DNA of 63,317 nt, counting the filler, from Octopus bimaculoides (Eukaryota), in assembly GCF_001194135.2 (NCBI RefSeq). It is 3 parts of 3 records of this genome, joined end to end, with 100 filler letters (N's around TTAATTAATTAA, not from the genome) between each part and the next. Parts side by side here need not be neighbours in the genome. Positions count along the whole stretch, not along the records: positions 33,236 to 63,317 come from NC_068981.1; 2 more parts are not named here. One strand, 5' to 3'. Of the stretch, positions 51,586-63,317 are shown in pieces (the first letter of the stretch is position 1; each line of letters opens with the position of its first letter). The notes under the pieces were generated by a model. The model worked only from the letters and a program-made list of their open reading frames with translations, did no database searches and was not told the origin of the DNA. The translations under genes and the position numbers were made by a program.

Positions 51586-51995
51586 AGTAATAACTAGATG
51601 CAAGCAAAGAAAGGAATAGAAAGAAGGTAAGGAAGACAGTGTCATTTCATCAGTATCTTTTTAAATCGTTCCAGATCCAAAAATAATTTTTTTTTTAAAT
51701 GATGTGAGGTATTTAAAAAAATCTGAATTCCATTTGCCGCCAAGATTTCTTGGTATATTTTTGAAGCCATATTAATATATGAAATAATGACATAATCAAC
51801 TGAAAATATCTGTCTTACAGTATCTAAGGTTATTTCTCGTAAGAAATTAGTTCATATATATAAAAAAATTCTATTTGAAGTCTTTGTGAATGAAGAAACA
51901 CTCATTTTAAAATTAATCTAATAATTAATATCTATGTCGTGTATATATATATATGTTATATACATATACACACATATATATGTGTGTGTGTGTTC

Positions 51996-52036
<41 letters not shown>

Positions 52037-53849
52037 TGTGTGTGTATGTATGTATGCATGTATATGTATACATGCATGCATGCATGTATGTATGTATGTA
52101 TATATGTATATGTGTATGAGCGAATTCCTGCACTGTAAGTTTGCTGTAAATTTACCAATGAAAATCAAATAACCTTCGTATACCATTCAGGATGAAATAG
52201 ACTTTAATGACGAAGGTGATAACCGATATCTCATAATTGATAAAGGCATAGACATTTCAATTACTCAAATTTTCACTATTTTCCGAGATACTTGGATTTA
52301 GATAATCATTATTTGGTCGACGCATTGTTAGATACAGTAGATATCAAGAATGGAATGTTTTCTCAGTCTTTGCTATGCTCTCAATTTACCTTGTGGGGAA
52401 AGAAATATTCCTCTGGAAAATATAAGATTCGCAAGCTATAATTATACTTTCATGACGGGAACTAAAAGTGTTTCTAAAAAGTCATTGAAAATTATGTGCA
52501 TCTATCGTTCTTTCTCTCTTTGGGCTAATCATGTTGTCAGCATATTTCACTCGATTTACAGGCCTTCGTAAAAGTTTTACTGCCTTAAACTTCTCGCAGC
52601 AAGAGACAATGAGGGTTCACACTTATTCAAGACGGTATTGTGACAAAAAAATACTAAACTTGCACAAACAAAAATGGCTTTCTCCAGAAAGACGTTTTAG
52701 AGTGACAGAACAATTTGAACTTTTACTCCTTATTACCGAAATGCATGGAAAGCTGTAAAGACTGATGGCATCAAGAGAATTTATAAGCAATCATGGAATT
52801 AAGTACACGCTAATTTTCTTCAGTATTTGTGAGTTTTAATTTTCTGATTGTTGAATTCTGTTTTGAAGATTTCAGTTTACATCGACTGTATTTAATCTCA
52901 CCAGAATTCAAAACTCTCTTGAGTATCTTTATTAAATGCGAATAACTGAAAAGCATTAAATTATCAGAAACTCACACAATCAATGAAATAAATTACAAAA
53001 ACATTAATAAAAACCTTTTGATGATGAAATCAAAGCGAAACGATTTAAAACCATTTGCTTTGCTTGGAATTCCTTGTAGAACATTTTATTCAAATCACAA
53101 ATATACTTTCTTTTCATTGCTAAATTGAAAATAATAAACGGGAATGTAGCTTGAGATTCCAGCATATTTCTATGTCTATGAGTCTACTAGCAGATCATTT
53201 CCCAGCAACTGCAACAGAAAACAGCAAGGAAATATTCCTGAATATACTAATACAAGTTAAAAGACATAGCAGATGGACTTCATAATTTAAAATATAATTC
53301 GTTATAAAATTTCAGAATAATTTATCTTGTTACATTCGTCAGCAATTCGTTTAAATAATATTTTCTGTAATGAACTCTAGCAAAACAGAAAACAATAAAA
53401 CTTTGTAGTCCGAATCATTAAAGATGCATTACATGCAAAGCAAGTAATCGACAGGGCGTCCGAGGTAAATTTGACGATGCTTACTGTCTCATCTTTCAAA
53501 AAAAAAAAACAGCTTAGTGTGCTGATGAACAGTCAACGGCATTGCAGAGTATAAATTTTAAAGTTGTAATGAAACAAAATTTAGCTGATATAGAGGACTG
53601 AAAGCCCTCTGAATAGTGGAAGAGAGATACCTATATCATGTCGATACGTGCAGGATATCAAAACACTGACATCATGACTACTGCTAATTGCTCTGTGAAC
53701 ACTGTAAAGGCTGTAAAACATGATATAGACTGCTGCAAGGGAGACTACTAAGCCGTAGCCAGCAGGAAATGATACAGCAGGCATTCTGACTCCGTCCACA
53801 GTACGGAGTTTGTCCCCCAATCGTTAAACAGAGACTTAGGTTCAATTCA

Positions 53850-54300
53850 GACGGCTAAGTGAAACTTCTGGGGATGTAGTGAATACTGACTGGAAAGGGT
53901 TGCCACTGGAAAGGGTTGCCCTTGAAAAGGTATATGTGTGGCAGCAGGACTGGGTACTTGCCACACCTCCTGGAAAATGCTAGAAGTAGTTGTCAGAGAA
54001 TTCACTGGCCGCCTCATAATTCCTCCAATTGCAATCCCATGGATTATTATGTGTGGGGTGTGGTTGACACCAACCACTTTGCCAGTAACACCAAGGCCGA
54101 GCTGGTGGCCAAGAATCAAGGACGTGTTCGAAGATCATCCAAGGGACACAATGAGGAATGTATGATTCAGGTTCCGGAGACGTCTTGAAACTGGAGTGGA
54201 AGCTGAGGGTAGCAAGTATGAGAAATCTTCTATCAACTAGCCATAATCAATTGATAGTTTTTTGATATTTTAAAATACTTTTATTTTCGGATTGGACAGC
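53850..54300 (+). mobile_element. 3' part of a maT-like Tc1/mariner transposase
   Basis: YVWQQD...CHTS, WPPHNSSNCNPMDYYVWGVVD, RIKDVFEDHPRD...FRRRLETGVEAEG. Confidence 0.8.
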
Positions 54301-54689
54301 GTGTTTTTCCCTTTTTCACCCTTATATGCATACTACCAAATTAAACCCGAACTTTGTTTAATTACTTTCATATTAATAGAAATATTATGGTATGCACCAT
54401 GTATGAATCCGGAAAAGGACTTGCAAGATGTCCATACAACTACATGGACAGCTAAACCATACTTACATTCATACAAATACATTTCTTTTATTAGCCACAC
54501 AGGGCTCAACAAAGATGGGACAAATACAATGTCGAGCTTTTCTTTTTGGGAGGGGGAAGGAACAAATAGAAAATATCAAGAGAAGGAGAAAAGAAGAAAT
54601 AATCATGGCATTGCGTGAATATAAATATATGTATAATACCACAAGATTTCTTTTTCGCTCGATATCTTTATAACCTGAGAGTTTATTTT

Positions 54690-54870
54690 CAGTTTGGCTT
54701 TTTTTTTTCCAAGCCTCATCTGAAGGTTTCCTGAAAATTTCATCGGAGGTCCTGGTTTCTTGAATGTATGCAGCATACAACACACTAGATAGTAATATTG
54801 CTCGATACATTTTGTGCTTTGCTACCAGTTTTATTCGCCTATCACAGCAGCGGTCAGTATTTTCTGGAAT
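54690..54870 (-). mobile_element. RTE-type LINE RT fragment
   Basis: DRRIKLVAKHKMYRAILLSSVLYAA matches the RTE pattern R.I.L.TK.KVY.A.VL..LLYG. Confidence 0.5.
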
Positions 54871-54931
54871 ACATATACATACATATAGACATGCACACAG
54901 ATACACATAATATATTCATAAACAACTCTAA

Positions 54932-55005
<74 letters not shown>

Positions 55006-55049
55006 ATGCATGTCAGCATGATAGATCGCTAACCACTACAAACAATTTT

Positions 55050-55220
55050 TTCTCTCCTTGTTTGTTTCCTTGTTTCATTATGTGTTCCTTTCTGTGGAAG
55101 AGCGTAGGCTCGAAACGTTAAAGACTTTTTCAATTCCCTAGCGTTATACTAATACATGTTTGTTTTCTACACCACCTGTCTAGCTCTTTTGTTTTTTTGT
55201 GAATTCTCCCTTTATATATA
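55050..55220 (+). mobile_element. Penelope-like terminal segment with a variant hammerhead-like motif (second copy)
   Basis: cttt-ctgtgga-a-gagc-gtag-gctc-gaa-acgt-t-aaag; homologous to 18635-18800. Confidence 0.6.
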
Positions 55221-55872
55221 TTTATATATACGTATACAATAGCCCTTTCAGATCTCAGATATTTTTTCTGTATCTCCTTGATTCTTTTAATATGCTTATT
55301 CCCTGGTATTAAATTGATATTAATTAATATCCAATTATTACATTATTGTTTTAATTTATATATATATATATATATATATTTTCCTTTCCTGAGCGTCCAA
55401 TAATACTATCCATATCACGTCCTCACTTTGTTGTTTTTTTNNNNNNNNNNNNNNNNNNNNNNNNNNNNNNNNNNNNNNNNNNNNNNNNNNNNNNNNNNNN
55501 NNNNNNNNNNNNNNNNNNNNNNNNNNNNNNNNNNNNNNNNNNNNNNNNNNNNNNNNNNNNNNNNNNNNNNNNNNNNNNNNNNNNNNNNNNNNNNNNNNNN
55601 NNNNNNNNNNNNNNNNNNNNNNNNNNNNNNNNNNNNNNNNNNNNNNNNNNNNNNNNNNNNNNNNNNNNNNNNNNNNNNNNNNNNNNNNNNNNNNNNNNNN
55701 NNNNNNNNNNNNNNNNNNNNNNNNNNNNNNNNNNNNNNNNNNNNNNNNNNNNNNNNNNNNNNNNNNNNNNNNNNNNNNNNNNNNNNNNNNNNNNNNNNNN
55801 NNNNNNNNNNNNNNNNNNNNNNNNNNNNNNNNNNNNNNNNNNNNNNNNNNGTGTGTGTTTAAAAATTTTAAT

Positions 55873-55990
55873 AAGTACCAGGTTTTGAAAAGTATAAGTA
55901 ATTAGGTCGATTCATCCGATTAAAATTCTTCAAGGAGATGCCCCATCATGGCCGCAGTTTCATGATTGAAACAACTAAAGAAGTAAAAAA
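55873..55990 (+). mobile_element. SINE family B 3' tail
   Basis: taagtaccagg...ggtcgattcatccgattaaa...catcatggccgcagt...atgattgaaacaactaaag. Confidence 0.6.
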
Positions 55991-58369
55991 ACAAATAAAA
56001 GGTATATATATGCTGCTAATGTGTAAGAGAACAGATATGTCATGTGACTTCAATCTCCAACCTTTAGGCTGAAATGCATAAAAGAATATAGAAATGGTGG
56101 CTGAAATTCGAGTAATTCCATCGCATGTCTCTTCTCTTACACATAAGTATCGTGGATGTGGTTTTTCAGTTAGACTATGGGCCTACACTTGTTGTTTTTA
56201 GATGTGGTAGTGATGGACACATCTTGCGGAAGAAATTTAGAGAGTTTACCACCTACGCTGACGCATGTCCTTATTCCACTATGGAATTTTTCATTGAGTG
56301 TTTTACCCTTATCAGTATTAGCCAGCCATAGTAAGCAACTTATAACAATGATGTCAAAAGTCAAGCAGCGCCCTTGCTTGAATCTTTTAAATTGAGAGAA
56401 AGGCTTGACACAAGATGAATTCCTCTCTGTGCTCAACATTGGATGCAAACAAAAGCACAAGTCTATATCATTGGATCAAAAAATTCACTGGTGTTACAGC
56501 AATGTTTTCTTTCTCCGAGAAGATACATATACACATATCTACACACACGCGCATGCACACACACGGAGGTATATATATATATATATATATATACCACTTA
56601 CATACCACACAGGTACATGCACTCGCCGATACGTATGCACACATATAGTCATTCATGAATGCACACATATGAGTATATTCTTTATGCGTATGTGCGCGTG
56701 ATATAAGCGAGAAAACTATTAAAAGTTTGGTGCTTTACAAAGGAAGTCTCTTGCGATGTGTATTCTGTAGCAAGAACCAAACACTTTCTTATCAACGTTG
56801 TCATCGAAAATATAGTTAAATACTGATTCCCCTGTTGAAATCAGTAAATTTCGACGTTATATTTCATCACATTTTTATCACAATATGAAGGCAAATTTCT
56901 TTTCTTTGTCAATTTTTCCTACAATAAAATAGTAGTTAATTTTTGCATTCCATTTTCCTAGTCACCTTTCTAACATTTGGATAATGTCAAAACAAAAATC
57001 TCTCTCAGTGCTCTTCCTTCAGCATATATGATTTACAATAAATTTGTGTGTGAATTATGATTTCATACTCATATCCAACTTCATATACATCCTCGAGTAA
57101 AGGCACACAGTGATCTTTATAGTTTTCACCCTTGGTGCTACAGAATTAATCTATTGGAACTTCAGAAAATATTTCACGTTCATTTTCCTCATTTGTCTTC
57201 AACGTGTTAAAAAAGAACTGACATTTCTTTCGCTATCCGATGTACAGATAATAAATGTCTTGTTTTTCATCTTTTCATAAGTAACATATTGAATTTTAGA
57301 TTCAGCCTATATTAAAGAATCTTATTCAATCTCCAGTATTCACTCTCATATTGTTGCAATGCATTTCTTTGTTTTATGCACTCTGTTCGGTACAATATTT
57401 CATATGAGTGGAGCAAAGGTTCCTTCATCATGTTTTGCACTCCCGGAATCTTTTTCATGGGGATATTTCTCCTTAATATTTTCTTAAACTTCGACACTCC
57501 AGTAATATAAATATAGCCAACAAATATATACTTTATGAGTTCTTAGATATTTGTCTACAAATGAAAAGGCGTTTCTCCGAATCTGGTTATTAGTAGATGA
57601 CTAAGAGGCAGGAACTTTTGAGTCTCATTATACCAATGCATACCCACGAGCAATAGTAACTGCTATTAAAGCAGAATCTATTTTCTTCCTTTGCTCTCCA
57701 TTTCGCCTTATAGTGTACCTTTTAATTTAAAGTTTTGCGCCCCACACCTATGTGTACCATCCAGTGTTTTTTTACCTTTTGTAATGCATATCTGGAAATG
57801 GTGTGAATCGGTAGTGTTGTTGAAGACATACGTTTGAATTTCTCCAATGTAAATGTGGTATCCTGAAGTCATTTTAGTGTACTGAAGTCATTTATAATTA
57901 AGAGAAACCAATCTATTACAATTAATTCTTGAACATCGTTCTTTCAAAATTAAATATGGTCGCCAGACTATTTTAATATGGACTGTAGACAACACTGATA
58001 AAGTTGCTAGAGCAGCGACACATGCCAACTGTATAGTATCCCCGATTCGAATCTTTACGAAGGACTGACTAGTCAGGAGATGTAGTCATATCTGTTATCT
58101 CTTACATGTTTCAGTCACTTGACTGCCGCCATAATGGGCCAACACCTTCAATAATATTTACATATAATTTCATAGGGTCGGTTTTCATGGCGTATATATT
58201 TACCCCTGGATAGGATTACTCCTTTTTCATCAGCTCAGTAGACTGGAGCAATGTGAAACGAAGTGAATATATGTAGGATCTAGTAGAAATATCAAGAATG
58301 ATTTTCAATACAACTTCGAGGGACAATCATCAATGAGTAGATGGTTATAAATGTTTCCACCATCGTGTA

Positions 58370-61170
58370 GTTGTGGTTGACTTTAACGCTACCAATACTA
58401 AGAAGCTGTTCACTAAACCGAAGGATGGCATCTTATCGTGCACAAAAGAAGACTTGGGTGCTCGTATCAAAGACGCCTACAGTGATCCACACCGTAACCA
58501 ACCCCTGCTACGTATAAATGGACTAAAGCATCTCTTAGAACCTGATATCGAATTTCAAACTGGGGGCAACAGGGAGAAAAGTGAATAATAATTTCGTGAG
58601 AAAAGCTAGAGCGAAGAGTGATCCAGGAGGTGATGGCTTCTCGTATAAAGTATACAAATATTGCAATCGTCTGCGAAAGAATCTCTTTGACCTATTCCGA
58701 CTGCTGTGGCGTGAAGAGACTCTAGTAGAGAATTGGTGTAGGACAGAAGGCGAGTATATGATGAAACATTATCAGATAGGAGTCGCGAGATGCAAATTAT
58801 GAAACAAGTCGAGGCTGGATTAACAGCAATTGATAACTCAAATGGATAACCTGCCGAAAGAGGTCAATGCAGAGACTATAAAACAGTTTAGCCCGATATT
58901 CTTATTGACTGTGGAAGGCAAAATACTTTATGGATATTCTCTCAAGGAGAACAGTGACATATTTACAGAGTAATAGATATGATGATCAATCTGTTCAAAA
59001 AGCCGGAAACCCTGGGATCCCTGGATGCGTTTAGCATTGTTTTTTGATTTGGAAAGCGATCTAGGATGCCAAACAGAACAAGACAAGTCTGAACGTGGTA
59101 TAGCTTTACCTAGCTAATGCATATGGCTAGAGCCACACGAATTACTGATGATAACCATGGACCACTTCCACATTCCAGACACAGTAACAAGATTAATGGG
59201 GATATATTATGACAGTTTCGAGATGAGGTTTACAGCTCATCAATGCCAACAGATTGGCATTGATTAAAGATTGGCATTGCTGCTGCCTGCACAATATCTG
59301 TCACGTGGTTTATCTTAGTCATGAAAATTACTTTGAATTCAGTGGACTTTTCAGAACAAATCGCTCATGTACAGTCACTTAAGAAGGCCTTCATGGATGA
59401 CGCGACACTTCTATCAACAGACAAGCAGATCGTGCAGAGTGCCCTCTTGATGCTAGACGAGCTTTTGAAGTGGTCAAGGATGCGATTCAGAGAAAAAACA
59501 GTCACGTAATCTGACATTTATTAAGGAAGTGCAAAAAGAAGTAAAGTCTAAAGTTTCAAATAGCTGAAGAAAGCATTCCAACAGTCAAGGAAGAACCCAT
59601 CAAGAGCTTGGGGCGAGTATATGCTGAAACATTGTCAGATAGGAGTCGCGGGATGCAAATTATGAAACAAGCCGAGGTTGGTTTTACAGCAATTGATAAC
59701 ACAAAGCTACCAGGTAAATATAAAATTTGATGCTTACAGTTCGGCTTGTATCCGCGACTTTCAGGGTTCCTTTTAATATACGAGGTATCACTGTCGCGAG
59801 GTTCAAATCGTTGAATAAAAATGTAATGCATTCATTAGAAAGTGGCTAGGCTTACCTTGGAAACTGAACAGTTCAGCTCTGTATCGTAAAAGAGGCTCGT
59901 TGCAGTTACCACTCGCGTCAACAGTCGAAATTTATAAACTAGGGAACGTACGAACAATGATGATGCTTGGAGAGTCAAAGGACATAGGAATCAGGCGTAA
60001 TCCACCAGATGTAATAACGGTCAGGAAGTGGAAAGCAGGAGCAAAGACTGATGACATTTTGTCTTCTCTTACACACCGAGATATGGTGAGTGCAACGCAA
60101 ATTCATCGGAAGGGACATGGTTTTGGCGCAGATCAGTTCAGACCGTTTGCAAGTATGATGCGGAGTGAACGCAGATCTGTTGCTAGCAACAACGTCAAAT
60201 TATGGGAAACAGAGAGAAGAGAGCTTCATTTGATCCAATGCACTCAACAAGGACAGGTGACGAGATGGAAGGAACGTCTTGTTGAGAGAAAAATAAGCTG
60301 TAATGAGATATGGAGGTGGACTACATCACGGTTAAGTATTCTGATTCGTTCATCCTATGATGTCTTGCCATCGCCTGCAAATCTAGTAAGATTGAACGTC
60401 TCAGAGAATGATATATACAAATGCAAAAGGATCGGAACGCTGGAACATATTTTCCAACTGTTTACTAGCATTGAATATATATACATGGAGATACAACCTG
60501 GCTCTTAAGGTTATATTCAATACTATAAAGAACCAAATTGCTCTCATCAACAGTGGAAAAATACCATTGAAAGAACCAACCAGAGATTTCATTACCTTCG
60601 TGCGCTCAGGACAGCAGATCCGTTTCAAGCAGAAACTTCCTGTGAGCGATGAAAAGTGGAACGGCTATTGGTACGTGGCTGGTGATTTATCAGGGTGCCA
60701 AGGATTCTTTCCCGATATTATGTGGTATGAAAGAAAGTGATGAATCTAGTCAAGTTAATGGTTCCTCATGAAGATAACATGGACACAGCTCGGGCCCGAA
60801 AGATTGACTTTTATGTAAACCTCCTCGAGGAATGTTAAGACGCAGGCTGGAAGGTGGAGCATTTTCCAATCGAAGTTGGATGTAGAGGATTCGTTGGACA
60901 CAGTGTGAGGTGACTGTTGTTATCGTTAGGCCTAACACATCGTAAAGTAAATACCACCACGAACGATATCCAAATTACAGTGGAAAAGGCTAGCCACTGG
61001 CTTTGGTTAAAAAGAGACGATGATCGATGGCTAGAAGTGTATTGAGCTTTATTTGATAACCAGTTGATCTAGCAAGCGGGGCTTCATATCATTGAGGGGG
61101 TCGGGGTGGTACACAATGATCTATCGAGAGGTAGGCCCCGAAACAGTGCGGATTATATCCTGATGACACC
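58370..61170 (+). mobile_element. HERO-like RLE non-LTR retrotransposon, 5'-truncated and decayed
   Basis: KARAKSDPGGDGFSYKVYKYC, SVQKAGNPGIPGC, GIAAACTISVTWFILVM, KAFMDDATLL, RLSILIRSSYDVLPSPANL...GTLEHIFSNC..AL..YTWRYN, PDIMW...LMVPHED..DTARARK, AEKA-like SHWLWLKR. Confidence 0.88.
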
Positions 61171-62858
61171 ATACACTCGCTGGCTTCCGGTACGCGGAGC
61201 TTTCGACTGGTAGCACTTACATGTGCAAATTATTTGCAAAACATCAATTTGAAGTGTATTGAGTCTTGGTTTGTGATGGTGTATAGATAATAACTAAAGG
61301 TAGCTGAAACCAATCTCCAGTTTTTCAGATTTATCGTGGAGTCAAAGGTTTTCGTAATGTTCGGAAAATAAGCCACCGATTCACTGAATGAGTCAGCAGA
61401 GTACTATTAGCAACACATGTGCTAGGCCATTATGTGATATAATGTATTTAGATGAATAACTATGATATCCTCCCAATTTCTACAATTCTTTCACTGCAAA
61501 TATCATATCAACGGTTTTTCTGTTTCGGCAAAAAACACGCTCGTTGAAGACAACATTCTTCTACAACAGAAATGTAACAAAAAGGAACGCTATGGGTCAC
61601 ATACTTTCGTAGGTTATCAAAGTGCCAGATTTTAATACACTTCACATAATCCATTTTTTTAAAGCGTACTAAATCATATCAAAAATCGGTCTTCCCCGTT
61701 GAAAAGAATATTTGTAGACATTGTTATCCGTCCGTGGATGGAACAGAAGAATGTTTATTTCAGATTACGGACGGGTATGAGAAAGAAGTGGTCCCCATGT
61801 AGTGAGCTGTTTAGTTATACAAAGTGTTGATGATTTTGCTTCCGATCAACAATCTTACAGTATGTTGTTCCGAGTGATACGCGTACAGCTTTTGGTACTA
61901 TGTTATACGTGTTATCCAAAGCCTCTTCACCATTAATATCAAGATTCGCCTCCCTGTCTGTACTTGAAAAAACTCTACACTTACACAGCAATTATTGATT
62001 TAACACAACTGTAGTCATTTCGAATGTATGCGTTCTATAATAGAAGGATTGTCGATAAGGCTTGTTACCTATCAAATCTAATGAAACCCACCAAATTGTT
62101 GCGAATGGATATATTTATTGGCGAACTCTATTCTGTCACGTTTAGGCCCTATTTCGATTCAGATGCCTCGTCTCTAATCGTCCCATGATGTGTAATTTAG
62201 TACCAGTTAGGTAGTGTCTACTCAGGTAAAGAGCAGTTAACCGTCTTACTACATTCCGCTCCCATATTCATTAACCTGGGAACGCTCAGCGTAGGTTGCA
62301 GCTCATGTGAGGACTACAAATGTTAATTAACATAAACAGCTCCATAAAGAAGAAATTTGTGTTGATTAATTGCTTTCATTGCGCAATAACAAATTCCAAT
62401 ATTAATTGAACGATTAATTAAAAATGATGCAAGTATTGCCATTTGCGCACTAAAACAAATTTGAGCTTTGTTTTTGAACTGCCATTAAATAGTTTCAATT
62501 TAGTTCACAGATACTAAAACCACATTATCTCTAACAAGCCAAAAATACATGAAAGTGCAAAACTGAAAACGCTTTAAATTTGTAATAAATATTTCTTCTA
62601 TCTCATTGCAATAAAGAAAAACAAACTTCGTCCTCGTAAAACGAAACTTTTTAGGTAGGCAGTTCAATGTTGATCACATTACCGCAGTAGATTGATGTTG
62701 TAAATTAATGCCAGTTCGCTACATCACTCAGTTCTAAATATAAAAACAAGTGGGGCTCTAAAAACTTCTTCATTCAAATTTCATTTTAAAATTTATTAAA
62801 ATTCAAAATTTTGATCATCGTTCTGAGAACAATCTAAAACATATGGAGGTGGTTGTTA

Positions 62859-63071
62859 CGAGGAGATCGTGAAAAGTTCCTGGCTTTGGATAAAAGAAAA
62901 TACAAGAAACGGTTAATTATCATTTTATTCAATGTATTCTCCTCTCAGATTCCCAGAGTTATTGCAACGATCATTCAGTTTTTCTAAACCCTGTAAAAGA
63001 ATTTGGAAGGTCGAGTCTCCAACCAGACTTTTCGTGAGACTCTTAAAGCCAGAAACTTTTCACCACCCCCG
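62859..63071. mobile_element. Mariner-derived MITE (same family as 15285-15500)
   Basis: TA-cgaggagatcgtgaaaagttcctggcttt ... aaagccagaaacttttcaccacccccg. Confidence 0.8.
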
Positions 63072-63317
63072 CCTCCAACCTTATTGTTCGCACCCCACGC
63101 ACCCCCACCATTTACTTCCTCCCCAAGATCCATAAACCGAACAACCCTGGCCGCCCCATCGTCTCCGCCTGCAACTGCCCCACCGAGCTTATCTCAAAAT
63201 ACCTAGACCGTGTCCTCGCCCCCCTAGTGGCTTCTCTCCCTTCCCACATTCATGACACTAACCACGCGCTTCGTCTATTCAACTCTTTCTCTTTCCCTCC
63301 CGGCCCTTCTAAGCTTC
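63071..63317 (+). mobile_element. Penelope-like RT fragment (Poseidon/Neptune-type), open to the window end
   Basis: Stop-free ASNLIVRTPRTPTIYFLPKIHKPNNPGRPIVSACNCPTELISKYLDRVLAPLVASLPSHIHDTNHAL contains the PLE hallmark LPKIHK...RPIVS. Confidence 0.92.

Noticed and set aside
56125-56460. Overlapping 68-96 aa ORFs in unique-looking sequence
   Set aside because: ORFs on both strands, with no recognisable motif or convincing splice pair.
61120-61175. CGAAAC and CTGATGA in the HERO-like 3' UTR
   Set aside because: No consistent three-stem fold around the core motifs.

Overview
This is AT-rich, gap-riddled eukaryotic DNA made almost entirely of microsatellites and decayed transposons. The repeat landscape suggests an animal genome, probably a coleoid cephalopod such as Octopus (inference, not proven). 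I cannot support any intact host gene; there is only one weak candidate first coding exon (1272-1318). Recognisable remnants are: Penelope-like retroelements (RT fragments at 21.2-22.1 kb, 27.2-28.2 kb and 63.1-63.3 kb, plus several terminal segments); RLE-type non-LTR elements (R4/Dong-like at 45.3-47.5 kb, HERO-like at 58.4-61.2 kb); CR1, Tx1/L1 and RTE fragments; a Bel/Pao fragment; a Helitron PIF1 helicase; several Tc1/mariner relics and MITEs; and three SINE families. The most interesting signal is a set of type I hammerhead-ribozyme-like motifs from four different repeat families. One is near-canonical and lies upstream of a Penelope RT. Two families have non-canonical cores (U4C; A6U plus an extra A), and one is a degenerate tandem pair. 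Other items worth checking are a 95-nt imperfect hairpin (2271-2365), an unexplained open 105-codon ORF (13760-14077), and nested insertions with clean TSDs. All family assignments come from motif recognition by eye, without database searches. Element boundaries are approximate unless a TSD or TIR is quoted.
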